Of a stretch of 64,000 nucleotides of DNA, positions 13,157-23,434 are shown piece by piece; position 1 is the first letter of the stretch; the number at the start of each line of letters is the position of its first letter. The DNA is taken from assembly GCA_003427395.1 (NCBI GenBank), contig BFEA01000017.1, positions 2,740,635 through 2,804,634 of the forward strand, written 5' to 3'. A program made the position numbers and the translations under genes. Below the pieces are notes generated by a model. It saw only the letters and a program-made list of their open reading frames with translations, had not been told where the DNA came from and did not search any database. This DNA is from Chara braunii. Taxonomy: Eukaryota; Plantae; Charophyceae.

Positions 13157-15432
13157 GAGGCCACAAACCGACACCGGTAAGGTCTACCTACATTACCCTA
13201 ACTCAGAATCAGCTGTCACCAAGGACTCCACTTTTTTAGCCGTTGATCTGCCGCTACTCAGGTCCAATACCTGAAAACCGAATCGCAGTTCGAGAAAACA
13301 AAACAAAAAAGAAAAGGTTCAAACCCCCACCGTTGTATTCTTCAAGGGGGCTAAGGTCAATGGTTTGAATCACACCCGGGCGCAGTGCGACCAGGAGCGC
13401 TGCGCCCCGCGCGAACGCCGTCGGAGCGGACATGGCGCGACGCAAGAGCTAACAGAGGATTAGGCGACGTGGTGGGCAGATGGAGGCAGTGGGCGCAAGA
13501 CTTGACAGTGGGAGGGTAGAGACGATGTGGCATGACTTAGTATGGCCTGCATTTTGAAAGCACAGGGGGTGCCATCTCCGGCTTCACGCTTCACCAAGTG
13601 ATGCTGCAGGTCAGCACGCTGGATGAAGGGAAGATTGTCCTTGTAAGGGGGCAAGTTTTCATGAGATTCTCGGCATATTGGTTGCCTTTGCTTCTCTGCC
13701 TGCGCGGTTTTGTGGAGGAGGTTGGTTAATGCAGGCGGACAGGGAGGAGCGCGTCCTCACGTGGAGTGGGAGGAGGATTGGAGGCGACATCGAGTCCGTT
13801 TTTTTGAAGAAGGGCTATCAGCGGCAGCTGTGTTTTCTTCACGAAGGCATCTGGAGTGCGAGGGCGCTGCGGTCAAATTTTTGTTTGTATGGTTGCATCT
13901 CTAGTATGACCTTGGCTCTTCTTGGGGTAGACCCTCTTGCTGATCATATGGGCATGATGACTGGTAATTCTGATTAATGAAAACCTTAATTTATGATTCT
14001 TATACGTTTTTCCTTTTATTGTCAGAGCGATTGTTTTTCTCAATTGATTGTCGATTCGTTCTTCTGATTACTGTCCTTCCTGTTGATTTGTCATCGGGTT
14101 AGTAATTCCTGTTTACCGTTTGAGTGAATTTCTCCCTAGTGATTGTCGATTCGTTTTTATAATTTTCCTTCCTTAATCTTTCGTGCTATGTAGCTTTGCT
14201 AAACATTTCTCAAACTAAGGTTTGAGAATCTGATTCGAAAATCCTTTGTGGATATCTAAAACTAAATTTCGTACAATTTTTCGCAAATTTCGTCATTCCT
14301 ATTTGGAGAATCAAATCGTATCAGATCTTATCCTCAAATCTCAGCCTTATTCTGATTGATTTTTCAAGTGATCTTTCCAATAGTTTCTTCTCAAACAATT
14401 AGTCTTAGCACATTTTTGTAAACAAAAGGAGGAGGGNNNNNNNNNNNNNNNNNNNNNNNNNNNNNNNNNNNNNNNNNNNNNNNNNNNNNNNNNNNNNNNN
14501 NNNNNNNNNNNNNNNNNNNNNNNNNNNNNNNNNNNNNNNNNNNNNNNNNNNNNNNNNNNNNNNNNNNNNNNNNNNNNNNNNNNNNNNNNNNNNNNNNNNN
14601 NNNNNNNNNNNNNNNNNNNNNNNNNNNNNNNNNNNNNNNNNNNNNNNNNNNNNNNNNNNNNNNNNNNNNNNNNNNNNNNNNNNNNNNNNNNNNNNNNNNN
14701 NNNNNNNNNNNNNNNNAACTTGGTCGACGTATCTTTCGTTGGTGGTGAGGGTAGGAGTTTGATTGTCAGTGGTTCTAGTTCTTGTCCTTCCTCCTTTTTG
14801 TTTTTTCATATGGAGGGAGAAAATTGGAAGCAAGGTTTGGAAGTAATTTTGGGTGGGCTTGCGCAGTAGGGGAACGGTGACTTCTGGTACGAGGACTGAA
14901 GGCCTGAGTGGCGGTCTCTCGTCTGTAGTGAGGGATTGACTTGGATTGGTGGTGGTATTAGCTCTGATTTTCGTTTCTCCAATTCTTTTTAAATCTTTTG
15001 AATTTTCTCGAATTTCTCAAATTTGAGGTGAGTGGGATGAGTAGATGGTGGGATATCAAGCGTCCTATTAGTCAGGAGGGCTAGCTAGTAGGATGGAATT
15101 AGGGTACAGCAGCAGCGGAGATGGTGGCTCTGCTGCAGTAAGTCTTGCCGGAGGGAGGTAAAGAGGGTTGATGGCTTGTAGTTCGATGTAGTAAGCTTCT
15201 TCAGTAGTTCTAATTTTTCCTAGCCATAGCCGGGTAATGGCCCCGGTATCTTAAAATTTCAAAAAAAAAAGAAAAAAAAAAGAAAAAACTTCACTCACGC
15301 AGTACACGCAGGAAAACACCAAACAGAAAAACAAATGACCGACTGAGCAACTGCAGACCCCTCTTTCATCTGGTCACCTAGACCAACTACTACTCTGTAG
15401 ACCCTTCTTCCACCCTGTCAGAACCGAAACCC
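13157..15432 (-). repeat. 5' terminal direct repeat (pLTR) of the PLE, split by a 1.9-kb insertion
   Basis: Collinear with 1-372 on both sides of 13374-15287. Confidence 0.8.
13374..15287 (+). mobile_element. Unclassified non-coding insertion with a 3' GC hairpin and A-rich tail
   Basis: Interrupts the pLTR and replaces about 8 bp (gctttagt) with no TSD; ends gccgggtaatggccccggt-atcttaaaatttc-(A)n. Confidence 0.6.
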
Positions 15433-15495
15433 ATTCGAACCCAGGGCGGCATTTCAAAAGCTTATGGGGTGTACCAGCTGAGTTGGTGACTCCCC
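15433..15495 (-). repeat. tRNA-derived SINE-like head, truncated in the B box where the PLE begins
   Basis: Minus strand: AACTCAGCTGGTA (A box) ... GGGTTCGAAT (B box), then the pLTR. Confidence 0.5.
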
Positions 15496-15898
15496 TTCCC
15501 CCTTCTGCCGAAGCGCAGGTACAAACGCCAAGAACAAAGAAAAAGGAAAAGACGGCATTTGAACTACTGAGCTGAACCAATCAGATCGGTGAGGAGCGCC
15601 CTTCATTATCCAAACCCGCAACGTGATAGGCTCCCGGAGTGCCAGCTGCAGGCACTTCTCATTTCACATCTCGGACCGAGGCGCTACTCCCTTCATCAAG
15701 TTGGGAAAAAGCGCTGTGACAGTCCTCAAAGCATACTCACTGAAGGACTCCGCTGGATGCATCTGGCCGCAAATATGGCTCTCCCAACATGCATCTGAGC
15801 GCAATGAAGTCCAGAGCTAAGTCGAAAAACTGTTCGTCTGAACATTGTGGGGACCCCAGGGCTTGAGAAATGCAGACAGAAGAGAGAAACTTAACCAG

Positions 15899-15971
15899 TC
15901 TCTGTGGCTCAAATGATATCACATTGACTTGTAAGTGGTTACAGGTCAGGAGTTCAACACCCTACGGGGAG
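15899..15971 (+). pseudogene. Degenerate tRNA-Thr(UGU)-like sequence or SINE head
   Basis: TGGCTCAAATGA A box, ttgaCTTGTAA anticodon loop, GAGTTCAACAC degenerate B box; anticodon stem is broken. Confidence 0.4.
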
Positions 15972-16014
15972 TATGAAAAAAGCTGAGTACTTCACTGGAC
16001 ACACCCTTCTTGGT

Positions 16015-16076
<62 letters not shown>

Positions 16077-16090
16077 TTTCTTTTTCTTTT

Positions 16091-16129
<39 letters not shown>

Positions 16130-16376
16130 CCTTCTTGGTTTTATGAAATGATGATGAGTGGTGTCTCACATCCCTTCCGTATGTGAGAGGCGGGCCTCCC
16201 AAGACTTGTTTTGTTTTTAATTTTATTTATTTATCCCCAAGATTTGTCACGAACAGTCGGCCGCCAAAGCCTATCTGACCCGAAAAAAGAAAGAGAATAA
16301 AAAAAGAAAAAAGAAAAACAAAAGAAAAAAGCTGAGTGCTTTACTGGACAGTGTACACATTTGGCGAGTAGTGCAA

Positions 16377-16487
16377 CTACCGTCTTCCCCCGAACACAAC
16401 GCACCCTCATTTTGGCTGCACCGGACAGGAAAGATGGCTTGTATGCAGTTGTTATGAGGGTGCGTTGTGTTCGGGGCAACACGGTAG
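16377..16487. repeat. Inverted repeat (hairpin) about 600 bp upstream of the host gene
   Basis: 23-bp perfect arms ccccgaacacaacgcaccctcat (16388-16410) / atgagggtgcgttgtgttcgggg (16454-16476), plus outer ctaccgt/acggtag. Confidence 0.85.
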
Positions 16488-17073
16488 GCCATGAAACCGG
16501 AGGTAGGGCCTCGCCACACCACAGGCAGCGAAAGGGGGGGACATACCCGGGGCTAGGTCCCACTTGCACGAATTAAGAGATAGAGACCGTAGATAGCCGA
16601 GAGAGATCAACGGCCGAAATCTCCTAATCCGTGCAAGTGGAACCTTGCCCCCGAGTGGGTGTAGAGGTGTTGCAGGAGCAGTACACCCTCAAGCAGCCTA
16701 CAGTAGTGGTAGATCGACTGCCTCTGCCCGCACAACCCCCTGCGTGTCGCCCGGTGGCCTTTGGGGTGTCGTCTGCCGGGACACGTGATTGTAGCAATCA
16801 GGTCAGCACCTTAGTTTTCTCTCCTGTTGCCACGTGTCAATCGTACGGTAGGTGAGGTGGTCGATCAGGTTCCGAGGAGTCAATCCTTCCTTCCAGCTAT
16901 CCAATCAATACATTAATCTATAAGATCGACTGATTGATAATTAATAATTAATCAGCGAGCAGCGAGTGAGCAGCAGCAGGGTCACAGTCGGCCTTCCGCT
17001 CATCACTCCTCGACTGCTCAGTTAGACTGAGGCTACAGGAGTGACGACGAAGGAGAGAGACCGACGCGTAAGC

Positions 17074-18537
17074 ATGGCGATGGCGTCAGCGTCGGCGGCA
17101 GTTTCCCAGTCCTCATGTCGAGCTCAGGCCCTGGGATTACACGTGTGCGGCACATCGACGACGCCCAGTGATGGAAAGAGAGGAATCCGGTCCCATATCC
17201 AGTGGCCGCCGGGCATGGGGGCGGAGAAAGGCGCCGCCGCCGCCGCCGGCTGCCGCTTCCTCGGCGCATCGTCATCTTCTTCGTCTAAAGCCACTCCACA
17301 TGCTTCAAACTGCCCGTCGTCCTCTTGTCCCTCGTCTTCTCTTAAGCAGCAGCACCATCATGTCCGTGCGCATCCCCCCTGTCATGAGCAGCAAAGGGGT
17401 GCGTTTTTGGGGCACTGTGCGCCGCTGAGAACGTCGTCCCGATCCCCGGGAAGAGGGGGAGCAGGGGGAGCGGGGCGAGGTTGTCGCGTATTCACTCGAC
17501 ATGTCCGCTCCGCGGTGGTGCTGGCTATGGCGGTCTCCGCCGCGTCATCTCCATCGACTGAAGAGCTCCCGTCTCTCTCCTCTCTCCCTTTGACGCCTTT
17601 TATCAGTGAGGGGGGAGAAGTCGCGCCGCCGCCGCAGGACGCCTCCACCAAAGCCAGCGTTTTTGCCGTCTACGACGCGGGCAAAAAGGCGCAGTACGTC
17701 GGGTTTTCCAAAGACGCGCGCAACTCCCTGAGGACCTTGCTCTGCCGACGCCCCGAGCTTTGCTACTTCTACCAGGTCTTCAACCTCCCTTCTCTCGATC
17801 AAACGCAGATGCTGGCCATTCGCTCCCACTGGTTCTCGGAAATTGGCAATCCGCCGCCGGGGAACGAGCAAGCGGGGGAGAGGGCGAAGTGGGAGAAGCC
17901 GTTCGATGCGGGGTCCGAGCCGGCGGCGAAGGATCGAGTCCGGCAAGTGATGAAGGTGCTGGCCGAGAGAGGGTTGAGGGAGAAGATGGACTTCAACCCC
18001 TCTCTCCTACAGGAGGGGAAGTGTGACGTCATCGCGTCCGCCGAGTCTACTGCAGCTTCCGCGGAGCCGGCGGCGGGGGTCGCCGATTCCAGACGCAGAC
18101 ACGTCTCCATCGCTGGTCCTAACGGTGATGTCGTGGAGTTTGATGTGTTTTATCAGCGAAAGTTCCCCACCAACGGAGGATGGATGTACGATCTGCAAAT
18201 TACGGCCAACGGATTGGAAACCACTCATAGGGTAATCATCGGCAAAGTGTACCCCGAATCGGTAGGTATATCAGAGGACGACTTCTTGGAGAGGACATTC
18301 GCATTCTTACTGGCCAAGAAGCTGCCACGTAGGACGGAGGGAATGCTGACGTCAGACCAGTTCCCCGTCAACTACTTCAGCGTGTCCGAAGTGGAACAAT
18401 GGTACGACGACTTCAAGCTTATGTTCCGCGATGGAGAATCCCTCCTTCCCGGTGAGGCGGGGTATTGGCGATTTAATCGGGTACACAAATACGGCCCTAG
18501 TGAGGACAGCATGCCGCTCGTGGGCCCGGAGAATTGA
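17074..18537 (+). CDS. Putative plastid-targeted GIY-YIG domain protein (GRXS16 N-terminal/cyanobacterial type) with an uncharacterised C-terminal domain, 487 aa, single exon
   Basis: Uninterrupted GC-rich ORF from ATG 17074. Ser/Ala/Arg-rich, acid-poor N-terminus. Segment VFAVYDAGKKAQYVGFSKD..RPELC..W..IGNPPPGN resembles the GIY-YIG domain of plastid GRXS16. No CGFS glutaredoxin domain. Confidence 0.85.
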   Translation: MAMASASAAVSQSSCRAQALGLHVCGTSTTPSDGKRGIRSHIQWPPGMGAEKGAAAAAGCRFLGASSSSSSKATPHASNCPSSSCPSSSLKQQHHHVRAHPPCHEQQRGAFLGHCAPLRTSSRSPGRGGAGGAGRGCRVFTRHVRSAVVLAMAVSAASSPSTEELPSLSSLPLTPFISEGGEVAPPPQDASTKASVFAVYDAGKKAQYVGFSKDARNSLRTLLCRRPELCYFYQVFNLPSLDQTQMLAIRSHWFSEIGNPPPGNEQAGERAKWEKPFDAGSEPAAKDRVRQVMKVLAERGLREKMDFNPSLLQEGKCDVIASAESTAASAEPAAGVADSRRRHVSIAGPNGDVVEFDVFYQRKFPTNGGWMYDLQITANGLETTHRVIIGKVYPESVGISEDDFLERTFAFLLAKKLPRRTEGMLTSDQFPVNYFSVSEVEQWYDDFKLMFRDGESLLPGEAGYWRFNRVHKYGPSEDSMPLVGPEN

Positions 18538-19695
18538 GTTGTGTATGTCAATCAACGATGCATTATTAATGGGGGGAGGGGGAGGGAGAGACAGGCTGGA
18601 TGGATTGATGTATGGAACGGATACACTTAACCGTACTAGATGGAGATGGAGAGATGCCGCGGCTGCTCCTAGGGTATTACCTACTAGTACCCCTCCCAGT
18701 CAACCTCAGGCCGCCCTATTCAGGAACCCTACGCCGCCCAGCTCCTGCAATCTCTGTTCCCTCTCATCATCTCCCTCGCCTTCTCTCTTCGCCGTACTAC
18801 TCTCTCCTTATGCTACTCCATTACCTTGCCCTAATTTGTGTCCCTCCCTCCTTGCCCGCCTCTCTCTTTCTCTCTTTCTCTCTTTCTCTCTTTCTCTCTG
18901 TCTGTCTGTCTGTCTGTCTGTCTGTATGCGTGTCTCTCCCTCCCCCTCCCCTCCTTTAGTGTTGCGTAACTGTCCGTTTGGCTGCCTGCTTGCCGTGGTG
19001 CAGAGGCATGACTGTGAGCACTCTCCCTTCATAATGATTACCGATATTACCGAGCTTTGTCTCCTCGCGCCCTTTGCCTGTAGGTCCCATGCTACTACCC
19101 TCCGGGCGCGGTATTCTCTTTTCCTTCTCCCATTTTCCCTCCCTCCGTCCAGTCTCTGTCCTCGTGCCCGTCCTTGGGTTCGACTCTAGTCGTTCCTTTT
19201 ACGGCGGCGTNTTTTTTTTTTTTTTTTTTTTTTTTTTTGGTGGAAGAGCTTCTCAACACCCTCCTCCNGCCCNCCTTATCTACTCCCTTTTCCCTGCTTT
19301 GTTCTCGTCTCGCAGACCTTTGCGATCTGTGTGGGACGGTACTTTGTCCAGGCAAAGGTGTTAGCTTCTTCAAGCCAGTATGAGGGAAGAAGATGCAATA
19401 TCGAGAGGGCGGAATTGCGGCGTACCAACGCCATCCCCTTCATACCTCGCTCGCGTGGTCCTTCCATCCCTCCACCCTCCCCGTTCCTCCCTCCCCTCCT
19501 CCCTCCCCTCCTCCCTCCCTCCCTGCCTGACATTTCCAGACGGACAAAGTTTTGCTGAAAGCAAGCGTATTTGATCCCAGGCCTCCGACTGCAGTTCTTC
19601 CATCACCGATGAACTTGTTGCTGTTTCCCCCCCCAGGATCTGTATTGTAATCTCAAGGACTCAGTTTACTTTCCGGGCGCCGGTGTTGTCACTCC

Positions 19696-19747
<52 letters not shown>

Positions 19748-19823
19748 CAGTACATACGCACCCACTTATACACGGGGGAGAGAAGGTGGTGTCTCTCTGT
19801 CTGACATTTACTCACAATAAAAG

Positions 19824-19909
<86 letters not shown>

Positions 19910-20539
19910 GAGACAAATCTTCATGCATGGCTATAGAGTGTGCGTGGATGAAGGATTATATGTTTGTATTGCTTTCATCATTGCCAGTCAATCACAGGGG
20001 CTTGCGGAGGGAAGCACTGTTGGAGGTGGAATTCCAATTACAGTATTTCCAATCTTGTCGGTGATTGCCACTCGGCTTGTTTTATGAACTCCAGAAAAAA
20101 AAGGAAAGATTCTGAACCGTACTTGTCATAAACTATACGATCTGATGATCTCGTGTCTCATGGAGCCTTGCTCCAATTGGCGACATCCTAAATGCATCTG
20201 GAGCTGGAAATGGTCTCGACACATTCAAAATGTTTGATGGATCGAATGTATCTGGTCCAGATAGGTAGGTATAGAATTTTGAATAGTTGCAACCGGACTC
20301 TATTTACCCGGCCAGGCCCTGTAGCCTGTGGTGGACAAGACTGTCGGCCTGATCTCACAGGCCATGTGTGTTCATTCAGTCCGTCCCTGGCACTACCATC
20401 GTCACGTCATCCGAATAGAATGCCGCCGGTCATTATAGCCGTATTTGGAGTAACTTTCCGTCTAGATACAGCGATAAAGAGCGGGCTTTTTTTTTTCTAT
20501 TCAGGTGAAGACCATAGTCCAGTCAGTTGAACACAAGCG

Positions 20540-21490
20540 GTCTTCGAGATTCACACCAGATGTACTGCAGTTTTTTTAAATCCACCCGAGGGTGGGTAGC
20601 CTAAACCGTATGCGTTCATATAGTCCGTAGACTATTCCCGTCCTTATCGAGGGAGATGCTTACTGCAAATTTCAATGGTGAAGAAAGAATCAAGAAACAG
20701 ACTGCAAAAAAAAAAAAAAAAAAAAAAAAAAGGAAAAAAAAAAGAAGAAACAGAGTGCAGGCTGGGGTATACCCCGAGCAAACTGACTGGACTGACTCGA
20801 CTGGTGCCCACGGCCGTACTGGACTGAACGAACACACGGGGATCAGGCCGACGATGGAGACAGCACAGCACCCCTGAAGATTCACCCAAGATGTACTCCA
20901 AAACTGAAGAATGAGAATGAATCAAGACAAGAAACAGACTGCAGAGAATAGAGGGAAATCGAAAGGGCTATTCTCGAAAAAAAAAAAAAAAAAAAAAAAA
21001 GAAGAAGAAGAAGAAACAGACAGCAGGCTGGGGTATACCCCTAGTGACCGAACTGGACTGACTGGACTGGTGCGCGCGGCCATACCAGGCCATACCGGAG
21101 TGAACGAACGCAACGAACACACCGAGATCAGGCCGACGACGGAGACAGCACCGCTAAAGATTAACACCGGTGTACTCCAAAACTCAAGTGAAGAATGAAT
21201 CAAGGAACAGGGGTGCTGTCTCTGTCGTCGGCCTGATCTCCGTGCACCAGATGTACTCCAAAACTCAGAATGAATCAAGGAACAGGGGTGTTGTCTCTGT
21301 CGTCGGCCTGGCCTGATCTCTGTGTGTTCCTTCAGTCCGGTATGGCCGCCTGGGCACCTGTCCTGTCAGTCCAGTCAGTCCGCTTGGGGTATACCCCATC
21401 CTGCAGTCCTTTTGTTGATTCATTCTTCACTCTTGAGTTTTGGAGTACATTTGGTGTGTCACTCAGTCTTCCCTGGTGCTGTCTCCATCT
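20540..21490. repeat. Complex repeat: two ~280-bp tandem units followed by an inverted copy
   Basis: caggctggg(g)tatacccc..actggactgact..gatcaggccgacga(t/c)ggagacagcac at ~20757-20880 and ~21024-21160, inverted at ~21210-21480; recurring gatgtactccaaaactc. Confidence 0.75.
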
Positions 21491-21894
21491 CCATCTCTAT
21501 CTCTATCTCCATCTCCATCTCCATCTCCATCTTCTTCCTCCTTCCTTTCTCCACAGTAAGGGATCTGCCACCCACCCAGGCAGTTCGTGTTGCTTTTTTT
21601 TTTTTTTTTTTACCCAAAAAGTAGCCCCTTCTATTCTGGGGGGCATCAGTCCCGTTGCTCATCACCGGCAAGCCTGGAAAACAAAATACAGTTTGGTTTA
21701 AAAGAGAAGAGGAAAGCCTTGCCCTTGCGGCCCTAGACGCCTCTCAAGGGGCGAATTGCTACAACCAAAACCCACTTCCCATACCATCGCCTCCCCAGGT
21801 ATACCTCTGTTGGTCGGGAAGCTTCCTAGCAGCACCCAGCCACACAACAGATGGGTCCCCAGGGAAGGCCTGCAGGCAGTTCCTGTTCCAATTC

Positions 21895-21898
<4 letters not shown>

Positions 21899-21933
<35 letters not shown>

Positions 21934-22024
21934 AGCCAGAGCAGACACTGCTAGCACCACAGGGGGAGGGGGCTCCATCTATTGGTGGCGAGCAGCACCT
22001 GCTGGAAATCGGGTCCAGCGTCCC
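21899..22024 (-). mobile_element. Short poly(A)-tailed retrocopy of a LINE 3' UTR motif
   Basis: Poly(T) 21899-21929; the sequence ending at 22024 matches 42928-42983 and 43488-43633. Confidence 0.55.
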
Positions 22025-23434
22025 TGAAATTTCATTTTAATTGTTCATGTGACCAATCATGCAGTTGTGACAACAGCAAGTTAGCAAGCTACCAAGCTGC
22101 TGGGCTTGGAGCCAGGCCCACGAAAGAATTTGGAAGACTACAGCCCATCTCTCTCCTCACTCTTCCTCCTCCGCTTCCTCCCTCACCTTCCTCCTGACTG
22201 AGAGTGTAGGTTACCCCGGTCTTTGTCTCCTGCTCTCCGTTTGTCTGTCTCTGTGCTGGTCGGTCTGTCATCCATATACATGCTTGTATACACTTGTGTC
22301 TCCTGCTCTCCGTTTGTCAGTCTCTGTGCTGGTCTGTCTGTCATCCATATATAATATTATATATGCTTGTATACACTATGCACATTTGGTGCACGTGTAC
22401 GACCAATGTAAAAGAAAAACAATATATCTGTATTCTTTTAAAAATATAATGCATTTCATTGAATAAGTATATGATTTTATTTGTCTAATTCTGATTTTTA
22501 TTTCTATAGACTATAGTATGATTATAATTGTTCAATAGTAGCACCTGAAAACAACCGATCCCTTCTTACGCCATATGACATTGTACTGATATTAAATTAA
22601 ATGTTACTTTGGGAGACATGGTTCAATCCCGGAGTCTAATAATCAGTTAATGGATGGCAACTTTGATGGGGCCTAGGAGGCTAGGAGTGGGTCAGCGGAA
22701 TGATTGGAGCTTAAGTGGGTGTGTGGACGGACGGATATGTTATGAACTGTAATATTCCGTCTTTNNNNNNNNNNNNNNNNNNNNNNNNNNNNNNNNNNNN
22801 NNNNNNNNNNNNNNNNNNNNNNNNNNNNNNNNNNNNNNNNNNNNNNNNNNNNNNNNNNNNNNNNNNNNNNNNNNNNNNNNNNNNNNNNNNNNNNNNNNNN
22901 NNNNNNNNNNNNNNNNNNNNNNNNNNNNNNNNNNNNNNNNNNNNNNNNNNNNNNNNNNNNNNNNNNNNNNNNNNNNNNNNNNNNNNNNNNNNNNNNNNNN
23001 NNNNNNNNNNNNNNNNNNNNNNNNNNNNNNNNNNNNNNNNNNNNNNNNNNNNNNNNNNNNNNNNNNNNNNNNNNNNNNNNNNNNNNNNNNNNNNNNNNNN
23101 NNNNNNNNNNNNNNNNNNNNNNNNNNNNNNNNNNNNNNNNNNNNNNNNNNNNNNNNNNNNNNNNNNNNNNNNNNNNNNNNNNNNNNNNNNNNNNNNNNNN
23201 NNNNNNNNNNNNNNNNNNNNNNNNNNNNNNNNNNNNNNNNNNNNNNNNNNNNNNNNNNNNNNNNNNNNNNNNNNNNNNNNNNNNNNNNNNNNNNNNNNNN
23301 NNNNNNNNNNNNNNNNNNNNNNNNNNNNNNNNNNNNNNNNNNNNNNNNNNNNNNNNNNNNNNNNNNNNNNNNNNNNNNNNNNNNNNNNNNNNNNNNNNNN
23401 NNNNNNNNNNNNNNNNNNNNNNNNNNNNNNNNNC

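Larger units (their letters stand above)
1..15432 (-). mobile_element. Penelope-like retroelement (PLE) with N-terminal GIY-YIG (Naiad/Chlamys-type domain order); degenerate, carries nested insertions; 3' end runs off the window start
   Basis: Minus-strand order: 5' repeat (15432-13157), hammerhead (5448-5401), CCHC ORF1 (5081-3726), GIY-YIG (3564-3235), PLE-type RT (1421-466), 3' repeat (372-1). Removing the two TSD-flanked LINEs (5491-9348, 9395-13100) rejoins the 5' repeat to the ORF1 leader. Confidence 0.8.

Noticed and set aside
13157-15495. A tRNA-headed SINE using a Penelope 3' tail
   Set aside because: After removing the two LINEs, this repeat is contiguous with the PLE leader. It is the 5' pLTR, and the tRNA-like head is more simply the interrupted target.
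17074-18537. Calling the gene GRXS16
   Set aside because: There is no CGFS glutaredoxin domain; only the GIY-YIG part is similar. The GTG start at 17041 in the ORF track is also unlikely in a nuclear gene.
19316-19460. Possible exon after a good splice acceptor (tctcgcag)
   Set aside because: No recognisable protein similarity, donor site or partner exons.
22555-22640. Faint U2 snRNA-like words
   Set aside because: The match is too short and AT-rich; no branch-point pairing region or Sm site in register.
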